From assembly GCA_963761335.1 (NCBI GenBank), contig CAVXGR010000004.1, positions 32,001 through 96,000 of the forward strand: a stretch of 64,000 bases of DNA. The letters run 5' to 3'. A program made the position numbers and the translations under genes. Positions 49,135 through 59,779 of the stretch are shown in pieces. Within the stretch, counting starts at the first letter, position 1, and each line of letters starts with the position of its first letter. Source of the DNA: an uncultured delta proteobacterium (GTDB lineage Bacteria > Desulfobacterota > Binatia > HRBIN30 > BPIQ01). The notes below the pieces were generated by a model. The model was not told the origin of the DNA. It saw only the letters and a list, made by a program, of their open reading frames with translations, and made no database searches.

Positions 49135-50523
49135 GTGCGCATCGACGGTCGCATCGTGCTGGCGGCGCTTGTCTGCGCCGTGCTCGCCGCCGGCTGCGAC
49201 GATGGGAGCCCAGCCGCGGCGCAGCATCCGCTGCCCTGCGCGGCAGCGGATTCCTACGGTTGCCTGCAATCTTCTCCCGGCGCCCCTATCGGCGAGACGC
49301 TGGCGGTCAACACCCACTACGGGCCGCAGGTTGATCACGCCGCCCTGGCGCAGCTCCACGCCGCCGGAGTTCACATCCTGCGCAACGACCTCACCTGGGC
49401 GAACATCGAGCGCTCCCCCGGCGAGTACGACTTCGAGTCCAGCGGATACGACGATCTGGTCGAGGCGGCGGAATCGGAAGGGCTCCACCTCCTCTTCATC
49501 CTCGACTACGGCAACCCGCTCTACGGTCCCGAGCGCGCCGTGGTCAGCGACAGTGGGCGGGCCGCCTTCGCTGCTTTCGCCGAGGCGGCGGCGCGCCGCT
49601 ACGGCGGCCGCGGGCACAGCTGGGAGATCTGGAACGAGCCCAACGGGCCCCAGTTCTGGAACGGGCCGGGTATCGCCCCGGATACCGCGGAGTACGCGCA
49701 GCTGGTCGAAACGACCGTCCCGTCACTTCGCCGCGCTGATCCCTCGGGCAAGATCCTCATCGGCGGCGTCTTCTATGGACTGGCGGCGGCGATCGAGGCG
49801 CTCGGCGGCGTCGGAGGTCCCACCTTCGTGCAGGAGCTGGCGGACAGCGGCGTGCTGGCGCTGGCCGACGGCGTCACCGTGCACTTCTATCGCTCCGCGG
49901 CGCCGGAGACCGTCGCCACCGACGTCGAGCAGATACGCGCCGTCTTCGCGCAGGCCGGCGCCGACGTGGAGCTGTGGAGCGGCGAGTGGGGATACAGCAC
50001 CTACGATCCCACGGTGCCGCCGACCGGCCTGAACTTCCTCTTGGCCGTCGATCCTGATCGCCAGGCGAGCTACGTGGCGCGCATGATGTTGACGGACGAC
50101 CTTCTCGATATTCCCGCGAGCGTCTATTACCAGGACCGCGACCCGCCTGACCCCAGCCCCGGAGACATCGAGGGACACTGGGGTCTGGTGCACGCCGACC
50201 TCACCCCCAAGCCGGCCTATGACGCTCTCTTCACCCTGAACCGCCTGGTCGGCAGCGCGCCTCGGCTCGGAACCCTGTCGCTCGCCGCCGGCGAGCACGG
50301 CGTCGTGTTCGATGGAGGGCAGGGGCGGGTGACGGCGCTCTGGACGGAGAGCGAGGCGAGCTGGACGATCCATCCCACCGCCGACGAGGTTCACATCGTC
50401 GGTCGCGACGGCGACGACGTTACCCCGGAAGGCGCCCCGGATGGCTCTCTCTCCGTCAGCCTGCAGTCCGAGGGCGGACCGATCTACATCGCCGGCGACT
50501 TCGACATCGAGTCGGGAAAGTAG
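49135..50523 (+). CDS. Clan GH-A glycoside hydrolase lipoprotein (GH39/GH5-like); start uncertain
   Basis: Lipobox LAAGC; WEIWNEPN acid/base and WSGEWGYS nucleophile. Confidence 0.8.
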   Translation: MRIDGRIVLAALVCAVLAAGCDDGSPAAAQHPLPCAAADSYGCLQSSPGAPIGETLAVNTHYGPQVDHAALAQLHAAGVHILRNDLTWANIERSPGEYDFESSGYDDLVEAAESEGLHLLFILDYGNPLYGPERAVVSDSGRAAFAAFAEAAARRYGGRGHSWEIWNEPNGPQFWNGPGIAPDTAEYAQLVETTVPSLRRADPSGKILIGGVFYGLAAAIEALGGVGGPTFVQELADSGVLALADGVTVHFYRSAAPETVATDVEQIRAVFAQAGADVELWSGEWGYSTYDPTVPPTGLNFLLAVDPDRQASYVARMMLTDDLLDIPASVYYQDRDPPDPSPGDIEGHWGLVHADLTPKPAYDALFTLNRLVGSAPRLGTLSLAAGEHGVVFDGGQGRVTALWTESEASWTIHPTADEVHIVGRDGDDVTPEGAPDGSLSVSLQSEGGPIYIAGDFDIESGK

Positions 50524-50578
50524 CGGGCCGCTGGCTCGCGGGCCTTTAGCTTCGAGCAGGCTTCCCAGCGAACCAGAA

Positions 50579-50828
50579 CAATTCTCCATTCTCATCCCCG
50601 GTTCTCGTCCCGTCGTTCCATTGCTCTGCGAGCCGCGTGATCTGGGTCCGCTCCTGGGGCTACCGGAGCTTTCAGAGAAACGGAAAGCGACGGGATGAGA
50701 ACCGGGGATGAGAATGGAGAATGTAAGAGCCCAACACCTCAACAGCCCGGTCGGGGACAGGCACCTTTTCGGCGGCGAAGGCGAAAGGCATTTCCGGTCG
50801 TTCCTGCGCCGAAAAGGAGCCAGTCCCC
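50579..50828. repeat. CATTCTC...GAGAATG hairpin followed by a GGGGACAGGC-family REP (50753-50828)
   Basis: Inverted arms visible for both structures. Confidence 0.85.
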
Positions 50829-50870
50829 TCGCATTGGACTTCGCCGTCGCGTTCGGCGATGAAATGAAGC

Positions 50871-52550
50871 ATGGGGATGAAGTTCGAGGAAGCCGTCGCA
50901 TCGCTCACCGCACCCGGGAAGCCGTTCGCCATCGCCGAGAGGGAGATCGGCGGCCGCACGACCAAGGTCTTCGAGAATACACCGCCCTCGCTGCGGGCGA
51001 TCTTCGACGGCGCCCGGGCGCACGGCGACAAGACCTTTCTCGTCTACGAGGACGAGCGGCTGAGCTTTGCCGAGGTCATGGCGCGCGCCGACGCGCTGGC
51101 GGCGCTGCTGGTGGAGCGCTACGGCGTGCGCCGCGGCGATCGCGTCGCCATCGCCATGCGCAACTACCCCGAGTGGATCATCTCCTTTGCGGCGATCACC
51201 TCGATCGGCGCCATTGCCGTGGCCCTCAACGCCTGGTGGAAGACCGAGGAGATCGGCTACGGCCTGCGCGATTCGGGCAGTGCGGTCCTGATCGCCGACC
51301 CGGAGCGCCTCGAACGCAGCGCCGCGCTGCTCGAGCCGCTCGGCATCCGCGCTCTGGTGGTGCGCAGCCGGGGGCCGCTGCCAGCGGGCGTCGATCGCTT
51401 CGAGGAGGTGGTGCAGCCCGGGCCGCGCCTGCCCGACTCTCGGCCGGAGCCGCACGACGACGCCATGATTCTCTACACCTCGGGCACCACCGGCGAGCCC
51501 AAAGGCGCCGTGTCGACTCACCACGCCGTGCTCAGCGCGCTCATGGCCTTCGCCTGTCGCGCCGCCGTGCGCGACGCCATGGCCCCGGAGGAGAAGGAAG
51601 GACATCCGTATCCGCCGAGCTTCATACTGGTCGTGCCGCTGTTTCACGTCACCGGTCTGGTGCCGGTGATGCTCAGCGCCTTCGCCAGCGGCACCAAGCT
51701 GGTGATGGTGTACAAGTGGAGCCCGGAGCGCGCTCTGGAGCTGATCGAGCGCGAACGCGTCACCATCTTCGTCGGTGTACCGACGATGTCGTGGGACCTG
51801 CTCGAGTCGCCGGACTTTGCACGCCGCGACACCTCGAGCCTGCTCAACGTCGGCGGTGGCGGCGCACCGGCGCCGCCGGAGCTGGTGCGCCGGGTCGACA
51901 AGGCCTTCCGCAAGGCGCGGCCCGGAATCGGCTACGGCATGACCGAGACCAATGCCTTCGGCCCGCAGAACTCCGGCGACGACTACCTGCGCAAGCCGAC
52001 CAGCACCGGGCGCGCCGTGCCCATCCTCGACCTTCGTGTGGCCGGCGACCGAGGCCAGCCGCTGGGCGCCGGAGAGGTGGGGGAGATCTGCTTTCGCGGC
52101 CCCAACCTGATCCGCGGCTACTGGAACAAGCCGGAGGCGACCGCTGAGACGATCGTCGACGGCTGGCTGCGCAGTGGCGACATCGGCCGCATCGACGAGG
52201 AGGGCTTCGTCTACGTGCAGGATCGCGCCAAGGACATGGTCATCCGCGGCGGCGAGAACATCTACTGTGCCGAGGTCGAGGCGGCTCTCTACGAGCATCC
52301 CGACGTGTACGAGGCGGCGGTCTTCGGGCTGCCGCACCAGCGGCTGGGCGAGGAGGTGGCCGCTGCCGTGCGCCCCAAGCCCGGGCGCAGCCTCGAGGTC
52401 GCCGAGCTGCAGCGGTTCATCGGCGAGCGTCTGGCGGCGTTCAAGGTGCCGAGCTACGTCGAGATCCGCACGGAGGAGCTGCCGCGCAACGCCTCCGGCA
52501 AGATCATGAAGCGCCACATCCGCGAGACCGTCCTGGCGCGGCGGGGGTGA
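50871..52550 (+). CDS. Long-chain acyl-CoA synthetase (AMP-binding)
   Basis: YTSGTTGEPKG, PLFHV, GYGMTE, GWLRSGD, DRAKDMVIRGGEN, LPRNASGK. Confidence 0.95.
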   Translation: MGMKFEEAVASLTAPGKPFAIAEREIGGRTTKVFENTPPSLRAIFDGARAHGDKTFLVYEDERLSFAEVMARADALAALLVERYGVRRGDRVAIAMRNYPEWIISFAAITSIGAIAVALNAWWKTEEIGYGLRDSGSAVLIADPERLERSAALLEPLGIRALVVRSRGPLPAGVDRFEEVVQPGPRLPDSRPEPHDDAMILYTSGTTGEPKGAVSTHHAVLSALMAFACRAAVRDAMAPEEKEGHPYPPSFILVVPLFHVTGLVPVMLSAFASGTKLVMVYKWSPERALELIERERVTIFVGVPTMSWDLLESPDFARRDTSSLLNVGGGGAPAPPELVRRVDKAFRKARPGIGYGMTETNAFGPQNSGDDYLRKPTSTGRAVPILDLRVAGDRGQPLGAGEVGEICFRGPNLIRGYWNKPEATAETIVDGWLRSGDIGRIDEEGFVYVQDRAKDMVIRGGENIYCAEVEAALYEHPDVYEAAVFGLPHQRLGEEVAAAVRPKPGRSLEVAELQRFIGERLAAFKVPSYVEIRTEELPRNASGKIMKRHIRETVLARRG

Positions 52551-52551
52551 A

Positions 52552-53724
52552 TCACCGGCGGTCCCAGATCGCCACCAGCAGTGAGGCGATCATGCCGGCG
52601 CCGGCGGCGGTGAACATCACCGTGTAGCCGGCGGTATCGGCCACGGCGCCGAGGATCGGATTGCCGATGGTGCTGCCGAGATCGAGCATGGCGGTGAACC
52701 AGCTCACGGCGCGGCCGCGCTGTGCCTCGGAGACCTTCTCCACCGTGAGGACGTTGAGAATCGGGAAGGCATAGCCGTGGCCGGCGCCGCAGAGACAGCC
52801 GACGGCGATGAAGGGCGCGGCGGCGAGAACGTGTGGGATGAGAACCAGGCCGATGGCGAAGAGCGCCAGCGCCGGAACCAGCACCCGCCGCAAGCCGACG
52901 CGATCGGGGACGCGGCCGGTGAAGACGCGCACGGCGACGGCGGTGAGAGCGTAGGCGAGGAAGAAGCTGCCGACGCTGCCGCGGCCCTGGACGTAGGCAA
53001 ATGGCGCCAGGAAGGTGAAGATGCTGTTGACGCCGATGCCGAAGAGAAAGGTCGTGGTCAGCACCGGCAGGATGCGCAGGTAGGGGAGCGGCGCTCGCAC
53101 TCTGGGGCCGCCGGCCGAGGAGCGCTGATGCCGCAGCGTTTCCGGCAGGAGCATTGCGAGTGTCATCGAGAGCGCCGCGAAGCCTGCCGCCGCCACGAAG
53201 AAGGCGCCGAAGCCGCTGCGGTGGATCAGCGATTCGCCCAGCAGGGGCCCGAGCCCGTTCGGGAGCATTCCCCCGATGCCGAACATGGCGACGCCTTCGG
53301 CGCGCCGGGAGATGGGCACGATGTCGCTGGCGTAGGTGAAGTAGGAGGCGAAGAGGGCGCCACCGGCGAGCCCGTGTGCGATCACCAGGACGACCGCGGC
53401 GGGGCCGAGGGCGCCGATGGCGGTGAAGCCCAGCCACGAAGCCGTGTGCACCAGCCCGGCCCCCAGCAGCACGCGCCAGCGGCCCTGGGTGTCGAGGAAG
53501 TGGCCGACCGGCAGTCGGACCAGCACGGCGGCGGCGCCGGCGAGACCGGTGTAGATACCGATCGCCAGCTCGTCGCCTCCCAGCTGATGGATGAACAGCG
53601 GAAAGAGAATGTAGAAGGAGAGCGCCATGCCGCCGGTGAAGTGCACGGCGCAGGCGAGCAGGAACTGCCGGGTGAACAGCGGGTCCTGGTCGCGTCTCGG
53701 GGAGCGCAGCGGGGCTGTAGCCAT
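52552..53724 (-). CDS. MFS transporter
   Basis: About 12 TM segments; G..LDTQGR and GRVPDRVG motif-A-like loops. Confidence 0.9.
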   Translation of the reverse strand: MATAPLRSPRRDQDPLFTRQFLLACAVHFTGGMALSFYILFPLFIHQLGGDELAIGIYTGLAGAAAVLVRLPVGHFLDTQGRWRVLLGAGLVHTASWLGFTAIGALGPAAVVLVIAHGLAGGALFASYFTYASDIVPISRRAEGVAMFGIGGMLPNGLGPLLGESLIHRSGFGAFFVAAAGFAALSMTLAMLLPETLRHQRSSAGGPRVRAPLPYLRILPVLTTTFLFGIGVNSIFTFLAPFAYVQGRGSVGSFFLAYALTAVAVRVFTGRVPDRVGLRRVLVPALALFAIGLVLIPHVLAAAPFIAVGCLCGAGHGYAFPILNVLTVEKVSEAQRGRAVSWFTAMLDLGSTIGNPILGAVADTAGYTVMFTAAGAGMIASLLVAIWDRR

Positions 53725-53827
53725 GGACTCGGAAGTGTCTGGTGGCAGCAGTCAGACCGCCGCTGGCGTTCTTTAGCAAGGCACCGCCGCCACTGTCACG
53801 CGGACAACCTGCCCGCGGCACCTTTTC

Positions 53828-53856
53828 TTGACGGCGATGGGCCGCTCTTCTAGGCT
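53828..53856 (+). promoter_or_regulatory. Putative sigma70-type promoter, leaderless
   Basis: TTGACG, 17 bp, TAGGCT, then 7 nt to ATG at 53864 with no Shine-Dalgarno. Confidence 0.55.
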
Positions 53857-53863
53857 CAAGCCG

Positions 53864-54340
53864 ATGCCTGTGCCCTTTCCCTCGGTGGAGTTCTTCCAGG
53901 CGCTCCGCCAGCAGATGTTGATCGAGCACGAGCGCTTCAGCCGTCTCGGCTACTTCGACAGCACCTTCGGCATCCGCGTGCGCAGCCAGGCGCTAGCCGA
54001 GGGGCGTGCCGACTTCGTGCTCCACTTCGAGGTCTTCGAGTGTGTCGAGGCACGCGCCAGCCGGGACGTCACCGAGGAGAAGCTGGACTTCGTCCTCGAC
54101 GGCGAGCTCGAGGCCTGGGAGGAGATGCTGCGCAACATCAAGGAGCACGGTGCCGCCGACAGCGAGCACAGCATCAACACCCTGACCCATTTCGGTGAGG
54201 GCCTGAAGCTGCTCTACGACGACCCGGACGGGCACGACAAGCTCTATCGCTTTGCCGAGAGCGTGCAGGAGTTCTTCGATCTGTCCAGCCGGCTGGAGAT
54301 CGAGTTTCCCGGCTCCGGCGCCGCGGCGGAGCGGCCGTGA
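53864..54340 (+). CDS. Small hypothetical protein, possibly SCP2/sterol-carrier-like fold
   Basis: FPSVEFFQAL start and DFVLDGELEAWEEM, patterns typical of SCP2-like proteins. Confidence 0.6.
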   Translation: MPVPFPSVEFFQALRQQMLIEHERFSRLGYFDSTFGIRVRSQALAEGRADFVLHFEVFECVEARASRDVTEEKLDFVLDGELEAWEEMLRNIKEHGAADSEHSINTLTHFGEGLKLLYDDPDGHDKLYRFAESVQEFFDLSSRLEIEFPGSGAAAERP

Positions 54341-54356
54341 CCCAGGGAGAGCGACG

Positions 54357-55494
54357 ATGAGCTATCTCAGCACCATCGACTTCTTCGAGGACAAGGGCTT
54401 TCGTCGACAAGTACCGCTACACCATGCGCACCGGGGAGCTGGACCTGTCCTGGATGGAGGCGCCGCACCGAGAAGGTGAAATGCGAGCCCGCCAACCCGC
54501 GCCGCGGGCTGACCTTCCGCGACCTCGACGTCGGCTCCTACGGATTCACCGAGATGCCCGAGCTCATCCGCGACAACCGCTGCTTCGCGCCGCGCGGCGC
54601 CGAGATCCCGCGAGGGTTGCCCGGACCTGCAGGCCGAGGTGAGCCGCAAGAGCGAGGTGTGGGCGTACAACATCGAGGGGTACTACGAGGAGGCGATGAC
54701 GCGGCAGTGGAACGCCACCACCGACGTCCCCTGGGCGGAGCTCGCGGCAAGTACGAGCTGCCCGAGGAGATCGGCAAGGCCTACTCGCAGCTGCTCACCT
54801 TTCTCACCGAGGTGGAGATGATCGCCACCGACGTCCCGGCCAAGTGGCTGGGCCGCCTGAACGCCGATTTCTTCGAGGTGAAGAGCTTATCGCCACGCAG
54901 GCGATGGACGAGGCGCGCCACGCCGAGGTGTTCCGCAAGCGCGCCCTGACCACCGGCTGGGGCCTGATGCGCGCCAGCCTGCGCCAACGAGCACAACCTC
55001 AAGTTCCTGCGCGACGCCGATAGCTTCGCCGAGACCTCCCTGACCCTGCACCTGCAGGCCGAGGGCATGGTGCTGACCCTCTTCCGCTTCAGCGAGTACA
55101 TCAGCCCGACCGATGTCGACAAGAAGACTGTTCCGCCTGGTGATGCAGGACGAGGCGCGCCACGTCGGCTACGGCATGCAGCACCTGCGCTGGGTCCTCG
55201 ACCACTTCCCCGAGAAGCGCGAGATCATCCACCGCCACCTCGACGAGGCCGAGAACTTCGTCTTCGGCGGCGGCTATGCCACCGAGGTGCTCGAGCCTTT
55301 CATCATCCTCTCCGGCAAGGGCTTGAAGAAGGAGAACATCGCAGGAAGGCCTCCGGATCACCGCAGCAGTTCCAGACCTGAAGCAGATCGAGGAGTACTT
55401 CGAGCGCCTCGACAAGTGCGGCATGCCGGAGCGGCGGGAGCGCTCGAAGCTGCACAAGGTCACGGAGATGGCCAAGCTCGGCCAGGCGACCTGA
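54357..55494 (+). pseudogene. Ferritin-like diiron protein A (many frameshifts, probably sequencing errors)
   Basis: Stitched frames give MSYLSTIDFF...LTEVEMIA...MDEARHAEVFRKRA...LQAEG...MQDEARHVGYG...; full diiron ligand set. Confidence 0.75.
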
Positions 55495-55511
55495 GGGGCC
55501 CGTCGGCGGCC

Positions 55512-56630
55512 ATGGCCTACTTCGCCGGCAAAGACTTCTTCGAAGACCCGGAGCTGATGGCGCTGCAGCAGCGCATCATGTCCGGAGACCTGACCCTCGG
55601 CTGGTACGAGGCGCGCGACCGAGAAGGTCCGCTGCGTCCCGCGCCAGGACCCGAGCCGCGGCTTCACCTACGAGGACTGCAACGTCGGCAGCTACGGCTA
55701 CGACCGCATTCCCGAGTTCATCCGCAACCACTACAGCATGGCCTCGCGCGGCTCGGAGATCGTCCCGGGGCTGCCTGTCATCGGCTACATGATCAGCCGC
55801 AAGAGCGACGTCTGGTCGGACGAACGTCGCCGCCCTCTACGAGGAGTCGAAGGCGCGGCGCTGGGCGCCGGCGGTGGACATGCCGTGGGCGCAGCTCAGC
55901 GAGCGGCCGCTGCCGCCGCCGCTCGAGGCGGCGATGAGTCAGCTGTGCACCGCCCTCGAGGAGATCTCCCTGGTCCTCCTGGAGATGCCGTCGCGGTGGG
56001 TGTTCTCCATCAACCAGGACTTTCTCGAGCTGAAGAGCTATCTCTGCGCCCAGATGATCGACGAGGCGCGCCACGTCGAGGTCTTCCGCAAGCGGGCGCT
56101 CGCCGGCGGCAGCGGTCTGAAGCGCGCCAGCGCCGCGGATCGGAGCAGGCGCTCAAGGAGATCCTCTTCGCGGAGACCTATCCGGAGGCATCGCTCAGCT
56201 GCAACGTCATGCTCGACAGCCTGGTGCTCGGCATCTTCCGCCACATGGCGGCGGTGGCCCCGAGCCGCGTCGAGGAGAGGATCTTCCGGCTGTCGATGCA
56301 GGACACCGCCCGCGAGCTCGCCTACGGCGTCGGCCAGCTGCGCTATCACCTGCAGCATCAGCCGGCGCGGGCCAGCGCCCTGCAGGACTATCTCGACCGC
56401 AGCGAGCACACCCTGCTCGGCATTGCCGGCAGCCCCGAGCTCATGGAGCCACTGATCGTCCTCTCCGGCGGCGGCACCGCCAGGGAGCAGCTCGAGCGCG
56501 GTGCCCGCCGCGTGCGCCATGCGTATGGTCGCGCCATCGTCGAGTACCTGCAGCGCACCGCCGCTGCCGGGCTCGAGCGGCGCGGCCGCAGCCGCCTGCC
56601 ACAGTTCTTCGACGTCGGCGCCGGAACCTA
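55512..56630 (+). pseudogene. Ferritin-like protein B, paralog of A with a degenerate second EXXH (frameshifted; 3' end approximate)
   Basis: MAYFAGKDFFED...IDEARHVEVFRKRA...VMLDSL...MQDTARELAYG; colinear with gene A. Confidence 0.7.
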
Positions 56631-57614
56631 CGGCATCTCCAGGGCGGCGACCTCGACGGCGCGGCCCTCGGCGGCGGAGCGAACGCAGGCGTCGGCGATG
56701 GCCACAGCGCGCAGCCCCTCGATGAGAGGAATGGGGACGGGACGCGAGGCGAGGATGGCATCGGCGAAATCCCGCATGACCTCGAGGACGGTGGGGACGG
56801 GTGGTGCCACCTCGATCGATGTCAGGCGCGTGCCGACGACGATTCCGGCGCTGGCGTGCACATGGTCCCCCTGCAGCAGGCCGTCGCGGCCGACGAGCTC
56901 GATCGGCCCGGTGCGACTGTGGGTGGCGCGCGAGCCGGCGACCGAGGCGAGCACGCCGCCGCGAAGCCGTAGCGTCGCCGCGAAGTTGTCCTCGGTGGTG
57001 GTGGTCTCCACGCAATCGGCCTCGCAGAGGACGCGCTCCACCTCGAGGTCGGTGAGCAGGCGGGTGAGATCGAAGCTGTGCACGCCGGTGTGCAGGATCA
57101 TGCCGCCGCCGGAGATCTCGGGCGTGTCGATCCAGCCGAGGGGCGACGGCTCGAAGCGCTGGCTCAGGCGCAGGGCATGGATCGGCCCGATCTGCGGGCG
57201 CGCCTGCTGAATGGCGCGCACCACCGAGTTGTAGCGCAGCGTCTGCGCCACCATCAGCGGCGCGCGGGCGTGCCCGAGGAGATCCAGCATCTGCCGCGCC
57301 GCCGCGAGCGAGGCGGCGGCGGGCTTCTCGAAAAGCGCCGGCTTCCCGGCGGCGACGATATCGGCGCAGATGGTCGGGTGTAGCGTCGGCGGTACCACCA
57401 CCACCAGCGCTTCGACGTCGGGCGCCGCAATGAGCTCGCGGTAGTCCTCGAACGCCCGGCAGCCGAGGGCGGCGGCCTGCTCCGCGGCCTTGCGGCGATC
57501 GCGGCGCGCCAGGCCGACCAGGCGCACCAGCTCTCCCAGATCCTCACGGATGTGACGCGCGTAGCGCGAGCCGTGCTTGCCGGTGCCGATCAGCCCCACC
57601 CCGAGCGGCGTCAT
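56628..57614 (-). CDS. Gfo/Idh/MocA oxidoreductase
   Basis: GLIGTGKHG, PPTLH, FEKP, GGMILHTGVHSFD. Confidence 0.92.
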   Translation of the reverse strand: MTPLGVGLIGTGKHGSRYARHIREDLGELVRLVGLARRDRRKAAEQAAALGCRAFEDYRELIAAPDVEALVVVVPPTLHPTICADIVAAGKPALFEKPAAASLAAARQMLDLLGHARAPLMVAQTLRYNSVVRAIQQARPQIGPIHALRLSQRFEPSPLGWIDTPEISGGGMILHTGVHSFDLTRLLTDLEVERVLCEADCVETTTTEDNFAATLRLRGGVLASVAGSRATHSRTGPIELVGRDGLLQGDHVHASAGIVVGTRLTSIEVAPPVPTVLEVMRDFADAILASRPVPIPLIEGLRAVAIADACVRSAAEGRAVEVAALEMP

Positions 57615-57710
57615 GCGCCGCTCATACCAGGGATGGGAGGGTCAGGGTAGGGGCGGATCGAGGCCCGCGAACGAGCCTGCACCCTCCGCCGCTGCAGTCG
57701 CAATCGCTTC

Positions 57711-59569
57711 CTACGGCGTGGTCGTCGGAGTCTCCATCGGCGTGATCGTCGAAGTCGCGAGCGGCGTGGCCGTCGCAGTGACCGCCGGCGTGGTCGTGGC
57801 AGTATTGACCGGGGTTACCGTGGCGGTATCGACCGGGGTTACCGTGGCGGTATCGACCGGGGTTGCCGTGGCGGTGTCGACCGGGGTTGCCGTGGCGGTA
57901 TCGACCGGGGTTACCGTGGCGGTATCGACCGGGGTTGCCGTGGCAGTATCGACCGGGGTTACCGTGGCGGTATCGACCGGCGTCGTCGTGGGGGTCTCCG
58001 TCGGCGTCTCCGTCGGGGTCTCCGTCGGAGTGATCGTCGGCGTATCGGTGGGTGTCGCCGTGGGCGTATCCGTCGGCGTGCTCGTCGGAGTGTCCGTCGG
58101 TGTCGCGGTCGGGGTCTCCGTCGGCGTGCTCGTCGGCGTGTCCGTCGGTGTCGCGGTCGGGGTTTCCGTTGGCGTGCTCGTCGGCGTGTCCGTCGGGGTC
58201 GCGGTCGGAGTCTGCGTCGGAGTGTCGGACGGTGTCGCGGTCGGGGTATCCGTCGGTGTGCTCGTCGGGGTGTCGGTCGGAGTCTCCGTCGGAGTGTCGG
58301 TCGGCGTCACCGTCGGCGTATCCGTCGGAGTGTCCGTCGGGGTCGCTGTCGGGGTCTCCGTGGGTGTGCTCGTCGGAGTATCCGTCGGCGTTTCGGTGGA
58401 GTCTCCGTAGGCGTGGACGTAGGCGTGTCGTGGGCGTACTCGTCGGGGTGTTCGTCGGCGTCGAGGTCGGGGTCTCCGTGGGTGTGGTCGTCGGCGTTTG
58501 CGTCGGGGTAGTGGTCGGTGTCCGGTCGGCGTGTGCGTCGGCGTCGACGTCGGGGTGTTCGTGGGCGTCGTCGTCGGTGTTTGCGTCGGTGTGCTGGTCG
58601 GTGTCGAGGTCGGCGTGTGCGTCGGCGTCGACGTCGGGGTGTTCGTGGGCGTCGTCGTCGGTGTAGTGGTCGGTGTCGAGGTCGGCGTGCTGGTGGGGGT
58701 AGACGTCGGCGTGTCCGCTGGCGCCACCGCGTCAATCAGGTTCACGAGGTCGAAGCGGAAATACAGGTTGGTCGCATCCACTGCGGCAAAGACGGCGGCG
58801 ATGTCCTCGCCCGGGTCGCTGATGGTGCTGTCCCCGGTCCGATCCACGGCGAGCGGCGGTGTGGCCCCCCAGTCGCCCACCTGCCCGTCGAGAACGATGG
58901 TGAGGAACGCCGCCGTGGCGACCGTGGCCGCCAGCACGAGTAGCGCGACGGCGAGCAGCACGCGCTGCGGTCTGCCGCTTTCGCAGGATGGCGAAGGCCA
59001 GCGCCGAGAAGGAGCAGCACGGCGGCACCGAGCCCCCAGCCACTCAAGGCCGGTGCCGGAGATCTCTGGGTCAGGTCGAATAAGATCGGCCCTCCGGTCG
59101 GAAAGCCATTGCTGGTGGCGAGCACGTCGCTGGCGCCGGAGATGGTTGCGTAGAAGACCATGCGGACGGCAGTCGGGTTCCCAAGCGCCGCTCTCGAGAT
59201 CGCCGCCTCGACGACGTCGGCGCCGGCGTAGCCGTTGTCGAGACCGACCGGCCAGCTTCCCGGATTTACGAGGATCGGGGCGCCGTAGCTGCCGGCGGTG
59301 CACTCCCGGCGGGAGATGCCGGTGACGGTGGCCGAAGTCGGGCCGGTGCGGGTGACGGCAACGATCACCTGCTGGTCGATGCCCTGCACCAGAACCGGCC
59401 CGTTGGCGTCGCTGAGCGTCTGGTTGCAGCCGGTAGCGCTGTTCTGGTCGGTATCGATGTAGACGCGGTACTCGTACATGGTGGAGGGCGGCACGGCGTG
59501 TGCCGCCGGCGCTCCCACAGCCAAGATGGCGAGAATACCCAGTCCGAATCGCATTTTCTTGATCCCCAT
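57711..59569 (-). pseudogene. Secreted Thr/Pro-rich surface protein with an internal IPTL-CTERM-like motif (frameshifted)
   Basis: Signal peptide [11 protein letters not shown]...[13 protein letters not shown]+TM; second TM; long (TPT)n and TPVDTATV repeats split over several frames. Confidence 0.6.
57808..57980 (-). repeat. 24-bp coding tandem repeat (TPVDTAT[V/A]), about 7 copies
   Basis: GACCGGGGTT(A/G)CCGTGGCGGTATC units on the + strand. Confidence 0.85.
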
Positions 59570-59779
59570 CGTCCCGTCTCCTTCCAGCGCGGGCGGCAAG
59601 CTACCAGATTGACGCAGGGAGACAAGGCGCCATGAGGCCCCACTGAATCAATCGCCGAGGCGTTCGTCTTGGTATGGGAACGGCTCGGCCCGCGGCTTGA
59701 CCTGGCGTCAAAAAGGTAGCAGCCTATGCGGCTAAGCTCGCATCGCATCACCCAAACCAACCAGGGGAGGTTTTGAAGA

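Noticed and set aside
54357..56630. Programmed frameshifting, or a methane monooxygenase call
   Set aside because: The indels are too many and irregular for recoding. The proteins are shorter than MmoX and lack the accessory genes.
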